From: Ignavibacteriota bacterium
GTDB lineage: Bacteria > Bacteroidota > Ignavibacteria > UBA10030
Direction of reading: 5' to 3'
DNA length: 61,551 nt
NCBI GenBank assembly: GCA_003142575.1
Contig: PLMS01000114.1
Location: 8,227 to 69,777, forward strand
Shown here: positions 35,849 to 44,307 of the stretch, piece after piece
How the letters are laid out: each line of letters begins with the position of its first letter
How positions within the stretch are numbered: the first letter of the stretch is position 1
Notes under the pieces: model-generated
Database searches by the model: none
The model's input: only the letters and a program-made list of their open reading frames with translations
What the model was told of the DNA's origin: nothing
Translations under genes and position numbers: made by a program

Positions 35849-37752
35849 TAGATAATAATATAGAAGTTATAACCCATAACTCATCACTCGAAACTCGTCA
35901 CTCGGAACTTTCTATTCCAACCGTATCAATTTCTAAGTTGACGTCCGAAATTATTTCTCGCACGAATGCGATCGTCTCTCTCGTTAACGAAAAAATAACT
36001 ATCGAGCAAGTTGCTTCCGAAACGGGTATCGCTCTGCCGACAATGTACCGGCATCTTACGAAACTGCGTAAACTTTTTGAGCTTCCTTTGCGAGAGAAAC
36101 TTTTTATGATCTCGAACCATCCGCAGCTTCACCAGGCAATTGAATATTTATTAACACGCCGCGACCGTACCGATGAAGGTTCATTGAGAAGTGCGAAAGA
36201 CCTCAGTGTCGTGGTTCCGACCAACGGCGAATTACTTTCTGTCGAAGACTTTTTGAAGTCACTTTATCCACGCGAAGGTGTAAACGCCTCCAGTTGTTAT
36301 CGTGCGCTCCGCGCTCGATGTATAAATCGCCAAATCATCAAATCTCCAAATCACCAAATCTCTCAATCACCCAATCACGAAATCGCCTCTCTCGAAGATC
36401 TTCCCAGCGAACAGAGCATCACCCGCTTCCTTCGTCAATGGCGTGAAGAATACATTTCCGTCCGCCGCGGCCGCGCGCGCAAGAATGATTTTGAATCTCA
36501 GCAGCAACCGTACGTCACGCGCGATGTCACGCAGTACCTGCCAGGACAGCTCTGGATCGGCGATCATACCGAGCTCGATTTTATGGTCCTGAATGAAAAA
36601 GGAGTTCTCGACCGACGATGGATTTCTTCTTTTATCGACATCCGCACCGGACTCATTATAGGGTATCACTTATCCTGGCAGCCGAACTCGCAGACAGTTT
36701 CGCTTGCATATCGCAATGGCGTTCTGGGTTCGCAGATAAAAGCATTCAACGGTTCGGCATACGTGCAGATCCCGCTCGTCAATGTGCCGGAAGAAATTAT
36801 GATCGATAACGGTAAAGATTATCGCTCCAATTACACGCAGCGCATTTTCGGCAAGATAGATTTCGAAGACACCGCACGACTCAGTATCCAGCGCATGACA
36901 AAACTTCATTACACGCTTCCGTATCACGGTCAATCGAAAGCACAGCAGGAGAGATGGTATAAGACAATTCAAACGATGCTAAAGTATTTGCCGGGGTACA
37001 AGGGGAATCGTTACCAGAATAAACCGGACTCTCTTAAAGATGAAATGAAGCAAGGTGCATGCTTATCGGTCGACAAATTTGACGCGCTCGTTGCTATAGG
37101 CATCAATACTTATAACAACCGCGTGCACCGCTCGCTCAACGAACAATCGCCGATACAATGTTATCTCTCTAATCAACCACATCAGCGCGCGATCGATATG
37201 CGTGTGCTTGACTTCCTGATGCTGAAAGTGCAAGGCAGAAAAATCCGGCGCTGCCAGGTTGCACTCAAGAACGCAGATTACTACAGCGATGCGCTGATGC
37301 CCTATAACGACAAGCCGTGCGACGTGTATTACGATCCGAACGATATGGGTATGGTCTCTATTTATGTGGACGGAGAATTTGCCGCAGTCGCAGTGAGCAA
37401 AGAAATGATCGGGCAGACGGAACGCGGCTGGGAAAAAATCCTGCACGATCGCACACGCGGCGAAAAAGGAATGCAGAAGGAGCTTCAAACGTATCGTAAA
37501 GGCATCTCGAATGCTGATGCAAAGAGGATGCTCCTGGAAGGCGAGCTGATGAATGCTTCACCGGTTTCCCGCGAGCTGCTCATGACCAGTGCACCGACAA
37601 TCACTATGATCACCGGCATCGAACAGCAAGCCGCGCAGAATAAAAATGAATTGGATAGTACAGCAGCTGACATTGAAAAACAAAAAGAAGCACGCAAGCG
37701 CGCGAAACAATCGCCGCTCTCGCTTGCAATGGTGAACGATCGGATAAAATAA
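35845..37752 (+). CDS. MuA-type DDE transposase
   Basis: N-terminal HTH segments. rve-type core with D (LWIGDHTELDF), D (IMIDNGKDYRS) and E (HGQSKAQQERWY). Mu-transposase-like C-terminal region. Followed by the MuB-like ATPase. Confidence 0.85.
   Translation: MIDNNIEVITHNSSLETRHSELSIPTVSISKLTSEIISRTNAIVSLVNEKITIEQVASETGIALPTMYRHLTKLRKLFELPLREKLFMISNHPQLHQAIEYLLTRRDRTDEGSLRSAKDLSVVVPTNGELLSVEDFLKSLYPREGVNASSCYRALRARCINRQIIKSPNHQISQSPNHEIASLEDLPSEQSITRFLRQWREEYISVRRGRARKNDFESQQQPYVTRDVTQYLPGQLWIGDHTELDFMVLNEKGVLDRRWISSFIDIRTGLIIGYHLSWQPNSQTVSLAYRNGVLGSQIKAFNGSAYVQIPLVNVPEEIMIDNGKDYRSNYTQRIFGKIDFEDTARLSIQRMTKLHYTLPYHGQSKAQQERWYKTIQTMLKYLPGYKGNRYQNKPDSLKDEMKQGACLSVDKFDALVAIGINTYNNRVHRSLNEQSPIQCYLSNQPHQRAIDMRVLDFLMLKVQGRKIRRCQVALKNADYYSDALMPYNDKPCDVYYDPNDMGMVSIYVDGEFAAVAVSKEMIGQTERGWEKILHDRTRGEKGMQKELQTYRKGISNADAKRMLLEGELMNASPVSRELLMTSAPTITMITGIEQQAAQNKNELDSTAADIEKQKEARKRAKQSPLSLAMVNDRIK
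36325..36388 (+). repeat. Octamer array, 8 in-phase units, inside the transposase CDS
   Basis: AATCGCCA AATCATCA AATCTCCA AATCACCA AATCTCTC AATCACCC AATCACGA AATCGCCT. Translated as ..NRQIIKSPNHQISQSPNHEIAS... Confidence 0.85.
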
Positions 37753-37883
37753 TGATGACGCCCTGGCAATTATTTCGGTGGATGATTTGGAACGCCTCTG
37801 AATATTTTGAGTTGCCTCTCGGCAACCTCGCTCCTTATGCATTTAAATGGATGATAGGTTATAAGGCAGAGCGCATAAAATAA
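37752..37883 (+). CDS. Small Trp-rich ORF (43 aa)
   Basis: Found by hand because it falls below the track cutoff. The ATG overlaps the transposase TAA (TAATG). Translation MMTPWQLFRWMIWNASEYFELPLGNLAPYAFKWMIGYKAERIK. Ends just before a hairpin element. Confidence 0.3.
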   Translation: MMTPWQLFRWMIWNASEYFELPLGNLAPYAFKWMIGYKAERIK

Positions 37884-37889
37884 TTTTTT

Positions 37890-37913
37890 GTAGGGGCACG
37901 ATATATCGTGCCC
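37890..37913 (+). repeat. GTAGGGGC-hairpin element
   Basis: GTAGGGGCACGATATATCGTGCCC followed by GTTTT. Confidence 0.75.
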
Positions 37914-37944
37914 GTTTTAAAACGATCCTGAAGGAGGATTACGA

Positions 37945-38895
37945 ATGGCACCAACAGTTAACAAGTTCTCACTTTTAGAAGACGACGATCCGGGCCGCAA
38001 GAGCAACGAAGAAATTAAATCCACGCTTCGCGGTCTCATTGAATCGAAAGAGCTCACACTCCGCGACATTGGAAAATTTATCGGCTATTCTACTCCAACC
38101 GTATCTCAAATCCTGAGCGATTCTTACCCGGGCGAAAAAGAAAAGATGGACGAACTTCTCGCCCGTTTCTATCGCAACTGGGTAGCGAGTAATCTTATCG
38201 TCGACACTTCCGTCGTAAAACAGATACACGGCACGATGATGCTCGCGTGGAAAAGAAAACTCATCTGCGAGATCACCGGACACTTCGGCTGCGGAAAATC
38301 AAAATCGTCCGCGCGATTCGTTGCGCTCAATCCGGAAATTTCAAGCTATGTCGAGCTCACCAGCACGACATCGCCTTCGTCGCTTCTCCATCGCATCGGT
38401 GAATCTCTGAATATCGAAAGCCAGATGTCGGGCAGCCAGGACGATCGGCTCTTCGCAATTATCCGCAACCTGCAGCGCAAGCCGCGCCAGCTCGTCATCG
38501 ACGAGGCGGATAATCTTAAAGCGCGCACGCTCGCAATCCTGAAAGACATACACGGCGGTGAAGAAAAGGGGAGATGCTCTATTGTATTGATCGGCACGAG
38601 CCGGCTGAACAAGCTCCTGCAGGATCCGGTGCTCGGCTATCTCAAGCGGCGAATCAGTTTGAAATGCGAAGTCGGCGACATTGGATTCGATGAAGCAAAA
38701 AAGATCGCTGATTTCTGGCCGCACAAATTGGAGCGGGATGAATTGAAAAAAGCATGGGATTGGTCGCTGCGGAAATTCGGCGTCGCAACACTCGTGGTAT
38801 TAATGGCACGCGCTTACGATGTCATGCAGATGCACGAAGAAAAGAAAATCGATGATGACTGCATCCTGATTGCACAAGGAATGGTAGCGGATTAA
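37945..38895 (+). CDS. MuB-like AAA+ transposition ATPase
   Basis: N-terminal HTH (LRDIGKFIGYSTPTVSQIL). Walker A GHFGCGKSKS. Walker B LVIDEADNL. Directly follows the transposase. Confidence 0.75.
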   Translation: MAPTVNKFSLLEDDDPGRKSNEEIKSTLRGLIESKELTLRDIGKFIGYSTPTVSQILSDSYPGEKEKMDELLARFYRNWVASNLIVDTSVVKQIHGTMMLAWKRKLICEITGHFGCGKSKSSARFVALNPEISSYVELTSTTSPSSLLHRIGESLNIESQMSGSQDDRLFAIIRNLQRKPRQLVIDEADNLKARTLAILKDIHGGEEKGRCSIVLIGTSRLNKLLQDPVLGYLKRRISLKCEVGDIGFDEAKKIADFWPHKLERDELKKAWDWSLRKFGVATLVVLMARAYDVMQMHEEKKIDDDCILIAQGMVAD

Positions 38896-38905
38896 AAACG
38901 CTTTT

Positions 38906-38929
38906 GTAGGGGCACGACACGTCGTGCCC
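38906..38929 (+). repeat. GTAGGGGC-hairpin element
   Basis: GTAGGGGCACGACACGTCGTGCCC, followed by GAAAGAGGAG and ATG 38945. Confidence 0.75.
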
Positions 38930-38944
38930 GAAAGAGGAGAGAAT

Positions 38945-39181
38945 ATGCTCATACGGAAATCGATTTTACACAATAAAAAAGAAACGTTCAAAATGACACT
39001 AAAGCAGGACACAGGAAAATATCCGCGGCCATTCAGGGTTACTTACACGCGCCGGATTGGGTGGGAAACATATCTCGTGATCAACGAGCAGAATTTTAGC
39101 ACCCTCCAGGATGCCGATGCTTTTTTTCTTATACACTCTTCAATATTAATGCAATTGAATTTTTCAAACGAAAACGAATAA
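38945..39181 (+). CDS. Hypothetical early protein
   Basis: AGAGGAG lies before ATG 38945. 78 aa. Confidence 0.35.
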   Translation: MLIRKSILHNKKETFKMTLKQDTGKYPRPFRVTYTRRIGWETYLVINEQNFSTLQDADAFFLIHSSILMQLNFSNENE

Positions 39182-39715
39182 ATGAATCGCACAATCACCA
39201 AATCTCGCAATCTCTTAATCCAAAGAATCCACGTTCTCAAGCGGGATCTCTCGCTCGATGATGAAACGTACCGCGTTATCCTCCGATCCATTTGCGGCAA
39301 GGATTCCTGCGCCAACATCGACGATGAATATCTTAATCTTATCAAGCAGCAGATGGAGAATATGCTTGATCGCATGCGCTCCGGATCCAACTTAAAATTG
39401 AAGAACGCACAGGAACACAAGAAGATTGCGAAGCTCGGCTACCTGCTCGGATGGAACTGGAATGACATTGCCGGATTCTGTTTCAAAGAAACAAAAAAGA
39501 AGTCGACACAGAGCTGCACCGCAGCCGAGCTCGGGAAAATAATAAACGGCATGATCGCGCTGATCAACGATGGACTCGCAAAAGGCACATTGAAATTCGC
39601 GCATCCGGACTTGCAAGCGTTTCTAAAATATTCTCAATCGCCCAGTCGCACAATCACTAAATCACAAATCACCCAATCACAAAATCGACAATCACCTAAT
39701 CACTCAATTTCTTAA
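39182..39715 (+). CDS. GemA/gp16-like (DUF1018) protein
   Basis: RNLLIQRIHVLKRDLSLDDETYRVILRSICGKDSCANIDDEYLNLI matches the GemA pattern. Both termini are encoded by octamer arrays. Confidence 0.6.
   Translation: MNRTITKSRNLLIQRIHVLKRDLSLDDETYRVILRSICGKDSCANIDDEYLNLIKQQMENMLDRMRSGSNLKLKNAQEHKKIAKLGYLLGWNWNDIAGFCFKETKKKSTQSCTAAELGKIINGMIALINDGLAKGTLKFAHPDLQAFLKYSQSPSRTITKSQITQSQNRQSPNHSIS
39185..39224 (+). repeat. Octamer array, 5 units (codes the GemA-like N-terminus)
   Basis: AATCGCAC AATCACCA AATCTCGC AATCTCTT AATCCAAA. Confidence 0.75.
39636..39713 (+). repeat. Octamer array, 10 units (codes the GemA-like C-terminus)
   Basis: AATCGCCC AGTCGCAC AATCACTA AATCACA AATCACCC AATCACAA AATCGAC AATCACCT AATCACTC AATTTCTT. 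Confidence 0.85.
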
Positions 39716-39725
39716 TGGAGCATTT

Positions 39726-40076
39726 ATGGATCTCACCACAATAGGTTTATCTCTTATCGTCGTCGGCATAGGCGGCGCATGGATTACCAGAATCTTGCGC
39801 AACCGCCGCAATAAAACAATCGCTCCATCGTTCGAATCGTTGTATGACAACGAACGGCTTGAGCAGCTCATCAATATCGCGGGCGGCGATTCCATCGCGC
39901 AGATGGTGCGGCTTTATAATATACGCGGTACAGATCTGGCATTTGCCAATCAAGGTACGGATTTATATAAAATCCGTTCGCTCACGCGCGATCGCATTTT
40001 GTTATTCCACGAAATCAACCGACTCAATAAGTTGCAGCAGGAAAAGACAGTCAATTATTCTCTCATCCCTCACTAA
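39726..40076 (+). CDS. Small N-terminal-TM early protein
   Basis: TM IGLSLIVVGIGGAWITRIL. 116 aa. Confidence 0.4.
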   Translation: MDLTTIGLSLIVVGIGGAWITRILRNRRNKTIAPSFESLYDNERLEQLINIAGGDSIAQMVRLYNIRGTDLAFANQGTDLYKIRSLTRDRILLFHEINRLNKLQQEKTVNYSLIPH

Positions 40077-40078
40077 AT

Positions 40079-40101
40079 GTAGGGGCGAGGTCGCCTCGCC
40101 C
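40079..40101 (+). repeat. GTAGGGGC-hairpin element (GAGG variant)
   Basis: GTAGGGGCGAGGTCGCCTCGCCC, followed by GGAAAGG and ATG 40114. Confidence 0.75.
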
Positions 40102-40113
40102 GGAAAGGTTTCT

Positions 40114-40473
40114 ATGAACGCGATCCAATTATATGCCAAACATCTTATTAAGGAAAAAGCGCATGCAGAGATATGTGCCGACGTTAAAGAGCAAGCGCTG
40201 CGTGAATTGCAGCGCCTCGAAGATGGTAAAGCAGAGGCCTTCGGTGTTGAGTTTCATCTGACCACCAAAGTCACAACCAAATATGCGAAGGATATTGCCG
40301 ACATCCTGAAAGACCTGAAGGCACAGGAAGAGCAGCAGAAAAAGTTAGCGAAAGAAAGCGCAAAATACCGTGAGAAAAGAACTCCGACATTCGATGCATC
40401 GATTCCAAAGTCGACGGAAGAAACCATTCTCGCCGGTGTGCCGGATTACCGTAAACATTTCGGAATAAAATAA
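40114..40473 (+). CDS. Coiled-coil early protein
   Basis: In-frame ATG after the hairpin. Translation MNAIQLYAKHLIKEKAHAEI..., charged and helical. Confidence 0.4.
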   Translation: MNAIQLYAKHLIKEKAHAEICADVKEQALRELQRLEDGKAEAFGVEFHLTTKVTTKYAKDIADILKDLKAQEEQQKKLAKESAKYREKRTPTFDASIPKSTEETILAGVPDYRKHFGIK

Positions 40474-40478
40474 TTTTT

Positions 40479-40532
40479 GTAGGGGCGCATCGCATGCGCC
40501 CTGTTTTCGTAGGGGCACAATATATTGTGCCC
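40479..40532 (+). repeat. GTAGGGGC-hairpin elements, tandem pair
   Basis: GTAGGGGCGCATCGCATGCGCCC, then GTAGGGGCACAATATATTGTGCCC, followed by AAAAGGAG and ATG 40551. Confidence 0.75.
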
Positions 40533-40550
40533 GCATAAAAGGAGATCACC

Positions 40551-40955
40551 ATGATTGAATTAGCACCAGAAGAACGCCGCAACACCATCATCCGCAACTG
40601 CGGAGCCAGACCGATCGGCGAAAGATCGATCACACAAAACGGAGCCGATGTATTTGCATACTTTCTCGATCCGCTTACCAAGTCGACATTATTCTTACCG
40701 GTCGAAGAAGTGACCGCGTATAATGTCAGGCGCAAATTGCAGGAAGCGCGGACAAGATTTGGAGCAGCAATTATCGAGTTAGCACTGATCGGCAACCTCG
40801 AACTCATCGAGCAGTTTAAACTCTTTATTCTTTCTCTCGAGCGGACGAAGAATTTGCCAGAACCGGTCGTGAATGCCGCTGCTAATGCTGCCGTCATGGA
40901 AATCTATTCATACGAATCGGCAATCATGGAGCCGGAAAATGCCACGGCAATATAA
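40551..40955 (+). CDS. Hypothetical early protein
   Basis: 134 aa with AAGGAG upstream. Confidence 0.4.
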   Translation: MIELAPEERRNTIIRNCGARPIGERSITQNGADVFAYFLDPLTKSTLFLPVEEVTAYNVRRKLQEARTRFGAAIIELALIGNLELIEQFKLFILSLERTKNLPEPVVNAAANAAVMEIYSYESAIMEPENATAI

Positions 40956-41568
40956 ATTAAAATACACCAACGAAGATCTTCTCAATGCCGCATGTGAGTT
41001 CTATAAAAAGAATAATACTCCGCCGCGCATTGCCGACTTCACTCCTGGTTATGCCGTGACAGTCAAGAAAAGATTTGGGTCATGGTCCGCCTATATCGAT
41101 GCGGCGCTCAAGATGCGGTCTAATTACCATATCTGGAAGCCGGAAGAATTAACACTTCTTGTATGTGCGTTTTGGAATAAGCACCATCGCTTTCCAGCCT
41201 ACACCGAGCTTGCAGAAGACGGCAGGGACATCCACGCGATCATTGCGAAACAATTCGGATCGATGAATAAATATTTTGAGAGCGCTCTCGGCACAAGTCC
41301 GCGAGTTGAAGTTCTCCGCGCTATACAGGAGCTCACGCCTCCCGGGTGCGATGTTGCTACACCATCGGAGATCATTGCGCAGATAAGAAAGAAAATGATC
41401 TTCCCAACGAACCTCTGCAGGATAACAATTCGCTTTCTTGCCTCTGACGGGTACATAGTCAGCGGCAAATACGACAGAACAAGATGGCACAAGCTCACCC
41501 CATCCGGCAAAACATTTCTCAATAAATTTCTCCCCCTTAACAAGGGGGAGACTAAGAGGGGGTCATAA
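40939..41568 (+). CDS. Early protein with duplicated FGSW/FGSM helical repeats and winged-helix-like C-terminus
   Basis: NTPPRIADF...VKKRFGSWSAYIDAAL and HHRFPAYTEL...IAKQFGSMNKYFESAL resemble homing-endonuclease-associated repeats. The C-terminus overlaps a TCTCCCCC element. Confidence 0.4.
   Translation: MPRQYKLKYTNEDLLNAACEFYKKNNTPPRIADFTPGYAVTVKKRFGSWSAYIDAALKMRSNYHIWKPEELTLLVCAFWNKHHRFPAYTELAEDGRDIHAIIAKQFGSMNKYFESALGTSPRVEVLRAIQELTPPGCDVATPSEIIAQIRKKMIFPTNLCRITIRFLASDGYIVSGKYDRTRWHKLTPSGKTFLNKFLPLNKGETKRGS
41529..41562 (+). repeat. TCTCCCCC-hairpin / purine mirror element, copy E
   Basis: TCTCCCCC-TTAACAA-GGGGGAGA-CTAAGAGGGGG. Confidence 0.7.
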
Positions 41569-41798
41569 TGATTGAATTACAAAAAACACCTTGCAACCAC
41601 ATCCATGACTTCACACCGATCATTGAAGGAGGCGAAACAGTTGGAATGATTTGCATCCTCAATGGATGTGGTTTCTCCGTGCGCGAGGACATGACGCGCA
41701 GCAATATCACTATCTCTGCAAATACCGATTTACAATTAAGCGATGTCCTTCCTAATCTTTTCTCTTCTCATAACGGACAGAAGGGCGGGAGATTCTGA
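41568..41798 (+). CDS. Hypothetical early protein
   Basis: 76 aa. The start overlaps the previous stop (TAATG). Confidence 0.35.
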   Translation: MIELQKTPCNHIHDFTPIIEGGETVGMICILNGCGFSVREDMTRSNITISANTDLQLSDVLPNLFSSHNGQKGGRF

Positions 41799-41971
41799 TG
41801 GAGTGCGTCAGCATCATCTCGGCCGATGATGGTTCCTGCTGCACTATCCTCGTGCGAGACGGTGCGGACGTTGTTGAGTTGGCGGGAAAAAATAATGCCT
41901 GGCGGACTCTTTTAAAAGCGGTGATGAAAATGAAAATATTGAAACTGCGAAAACTCTTTGCGATTGTCTGA
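41798..41971 (+). CDS. Small ORF (57 aa)
   Basis: Found by hand. ATGA overlap with the previous stop. Translation MECVSIISADDGSCCTILVRDGADVVELAGKNNAWRTLLKAVMKMKILKLRKLFAIV. Confidence 0.3.
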   Translation: MECVSIISADDGSCCTILVRDGADVVELAGKNNAWRTLLKAVMKMKILKLRKLFAIV

Positions 41972-41982
41972 GGAAAAATAAT

Positions 41983-42165
41983 ATGGAAACAAAAATAACT
42001 TTTGAAGAATGGAAAAAACAAGCCATTGAATATCTCCATAGTAAATTTGGATCTGATAAGTATAATTGGATTCTCGGAGACGACGAAGATGTGATACGTT
42101 ACGGCTACAATGAAGGTGAAACGCCCCAGGAGTATGTGGATTATCAAATTGAATGCGCACAATAG
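41983..42165 (+). CDS. Hypothetical early protein
   Basis: 60 aa with GAGGAAAA upstream. Confidence 0.35.
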   Translation: METKITFEEWKKQAIEYLHSKFGSDKYNWILGDDEDVIRYGYNEGETPQEYVDYQIECAQ

Positions 42166-42168
42166 GAA

Positions 42169-42588
42169 ATGACAAGCTTCGCAAAAAATAATTTACGCGC
42201 AGATCATATCCGAAGGTTCGGACAGACGAGCGGAACGCCGTTATTCGACTCCGTAGGGGCGAGGTCTCCTCGCCCGACAACCACGCAGCAGACCCGGTTT
42301 GAAGCCGCACCAAAGTCCATTCCAACGGGCGCTGAGACGCGCAAGCTCGCGTATGCGCTTCTCAATCATGATCAACTGCACCTCGGAGAAATGTGCGAAA
42401 AGGTCTGGCTGACATTTGCCGAGTTCGGTCCCGCAACAAACTTTGAGATCGCGCAACGCCTCGGCAAAGAATCCGGCTGGGTCTCAGCTCGCAATAACGA
42501 TCTGCGCAAATTAGGATTACTCACCGCCGATGTGAAGCGAAAATGCCGCGTGACCGGCAACGTGGTGCAGACCTGGAGAGTTTTATGA
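42169..42588 (+). CDS. Winged-helix DNA-binding early protein
   Basis: FGPATNFEIAQRLGKESGWVSARNNDLRKLGLL...VTGNVVQTW is wHTH-like. The N-terminal part contains a hairpin element, so the start is uncertain. Confidence 0.4.
   Translation: MTSFAKNNLRADHIRRFGQTSGTPLFDSVGARSPRPTTTQQTRFEAAPKSIPTGAETRKLAYALLNHDQLHLGEMCEKVWLTFAEFGPATNFEIAQRLGKESGWVSARNNDLRKLGLLTADVKRKCRVTGNVVQTWRVL
42253..42275 (+). repeat. GTAGGGGC-hairpin element (GAGG variant, inside an ORF)
   Basis: GTAGGGGCGAGGTCTCCTCGCCC. Confidence 0.7.
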
Positions 42589-42680
42589 AACAAATTCAGC
42601 GTGAAAAATTTGCTCTTTCATTTTTATCCGGCATCTGCTCCGGAATTATTCTCTTAATCGTTCACTGGATTATCGGATGA
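42585..42680 (+). CDS. Tiny membrane peptide (31 aa)
   Basis: Found by hand. ATGA overlaps at both ends. Translation MKQIQREKFALSFLSGICSGIILLIVHWIIG. Confidence 0.35.
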   Translation: MKQIQREKFALSFLSGICSGIILLIVHWIIG

Positions 42681-42964
42681 GCAAGATTATCTTCTATCCC
42701 GGTTCTTCGTTTTTATGTCATAAGCATCTAAAGCCTGTTTATGATGAACAATTATCGTCTATCGGATTTCAACTTGAATTATTAAAAATATTCATGCTGG
42801 ATGAAAGAATAATCGACTTTACAGACAGACATACTTCGCCGATTGCAGCCAAAGCATACAATGATGCATTAGCCGTTTACTCACCGGTCTGTTGTTTCCT
42901 CGGTGATGAAAAAGTAAGCGGAGTTTACCAGGTGTTGCGAAATATTAAGAAGAACCCACAATGA
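42677..42964 (+). CDS. Hypothetical early protein
   Basis: 95 aa, translationally coupled on both sides. Confidence 0.4.
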   Translation: MSKIIFYPGSSFLCHKHLKPVYDEQLSSIGFQLELLKIFMLDERIIDFTDRHTSPIAAKAYNDALAVYSPVCCFLGDEKVSGVYQVLRNIKKNPQ

Positions 42965-43548
42965 GCCAAATCACCGACGATGCCGGCGAAGTGATCGTGC
43001 GCTACTTTGAGCTTTTCAAAGCCCGTTACCATGAGCATTGGAAACCCTCGACCGACCATGTCGCCGCAACGATAGATCTTCTCCGCAGTCCCATGCCTGG
43101 GATCCCCGGCTACAAGAAAGAAGATCTGCTCGCGCGCCTCGATGCATTTTTCCGCTGCAAAGAGGATTGGATTTTGAGCACGAAGCACAATTATTTAGTC
43201 TTTTGTAAGCACGTACACCGCTGGCTGCCGGCAAAATCAACGCAACCAATTTCTCCCCCTCATTTACGAGGGGGAGATAAAGAGGGGGTCTATAAATGCG
43301 ATTGCGGCAACGAACTGCACCACGGCGAGATCTGTCTCAAATGCTTTCCTCTCTGCAGCAATTGTGGGTACCAACATGCAGCATCTGAAACGTGTGAGGA
43401 GGTTGCTAAACGCGAGGAGAGATTGAAGAGGATGTTCGGCTCTCCGGAAAAGCGCGACGGTAAAATAAAAACACTCTCGGGAGAGGATGCATTCGACGAG
43501 AAAAAAGAATTCACAGAAAAAGACGGCAAGCTGCTGAGGAGTAAATAA
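42961..43548 (+). CDS. Early protein with C-terminal zinc-ribbon-like Cys cluster
   Basis: CDCGNELHHGEICLKCFPLCSNCG. Contains TCTCCCCC element F in frame. Confidence 0.4.
   Translation: MSQITDDAGEVIVRYFELFKARYHEHWKPSTDHVAATIDLLRSPMPGIPGYKKEDLLARLDAFFRCKEDWILSTKHNYLVFCKHVHRWLPAKSTQPISPPHLRGGDKEGVYKCDCGNELHHGEICLKCFPLCSNCGYQHAASETCEEVAKREERLKRMFGSPEKRDGKIKTLSGEDAFDEKKEFTEKDGKLLRSK
43252..43288 (+). repeat. TCTCCCCC-hairpin / purine mirror element, copy F
   Basis: TCTCCCCC-TCATTTACGA-GGGGGAGA-TAAAGAGGGGG. Confidence 0.7.
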
Positions 43549-43583
43549 CCAAATCACCAATCACTAACCGAAGGAGAATCACC

Positions 43584-43937
43584 ATGGCATTCAAATCAGA
43601 TGACGACCGGCAAGTCGTGATAGACATGATCAAAGCCGGACAAAGCATGGCGGAAATTATAGTTTTAGATGTCTGCAATCAAGCAGACGTTTATAATTTG
43701 CGTCACATTTTAAAAGCCGATGGAGTTGTAATTAAAAAGGCTTCAAAGTCGACAGGCGATGAAACTTCCTCGAAGGTAACAAAAGCAAAAAACGATTTAA
43801 AAAATACAAAGCAGAATTGTCCCGCTTGGCTGGAAGGACTTCTCCGCGAACAAGAACGATTGCGGGAACATCTTCGCAGGATCGATGCACTGGCTGCAAT
43901 GTACGACGATAAAATACCATTGAACTTGCATCATTGA
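43584..43937 (+). CDS. Hypothetical early/middle protein (possible HTH)
   Basis: 117 aa with AAGGAG upstream. VVIDMIKAGQSMAEII is HTH-like. Confidence 0.35.
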   Translation: MAFKSDDDRQVVIDMIKAGQSMAEIIVLDVCNQADVYNLRHILKADGVVIKKASKSTGDETSSKVTKAKNDLKNTKQNCPAWLEGLLREQERLREHLRRIDALAAMYDDKIPLNLHH

Positions 43938-43941
43938 CCAT

Positions 43942-44307
43942 ATGAAAATAATTTCTTTTGCCTGGACAACGCCTGCACTCATTGCCGGCGCGAAGACCTG
44001 CACTCGCCGCGATTGGAAACCGGAGTATGCGATACGATTCCATAAAGGAGATATTTGTCTCGCTTACGATAAGCAACCGCGGTTTAAAGGAAAGCCCGTT
44101 GCGAAAATTCGCCTGACGGTGGATCCGGTTTTTGAAAGCACGAAGCTCGCTCCGGATTCCGACTATGCAGCCGAAGGGTTTGCCTGGTTGAAAGCGCACG
44201 ATATAAAAGTAATCGGAAAATACGAAGTCGACATGCTCTGGAAAGTCTGGCGCATGGGAGACTTCGATAAATGGGTTGTGAGATTTGAACTTTTGGAGGT
44301 TCTATGA
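43942..44307 (+). CDS. ASCH-like domain protein
   Basis: MKIISFAWTTPALIAGAKTCTRRDWKPEY follows the ASCH N-terminal pattern (..G.KT.TRR.W). Confidence 0.55.
   Translation: MKIISFAWTTPALIAGAKTCTRRDWKPEYAIRFHKGDICLAYDKQPRFKGKPVAKIRLTVDPVFESTKLAPDSDYAAEGFAWLKAHDIKVIGKYEVDMLWKVWRMGDFDKWVVRFELLEVL

Noticed and set aside
40551-41579. Identical 12-nt gene starts ATGATTGAATTA at 40551 and 41568 as a repeat element
   Set aside because: A 12-mer shared once within about 41 kb is within chance expectation (tens of such pairs are expected), and the similarity does not extend further.
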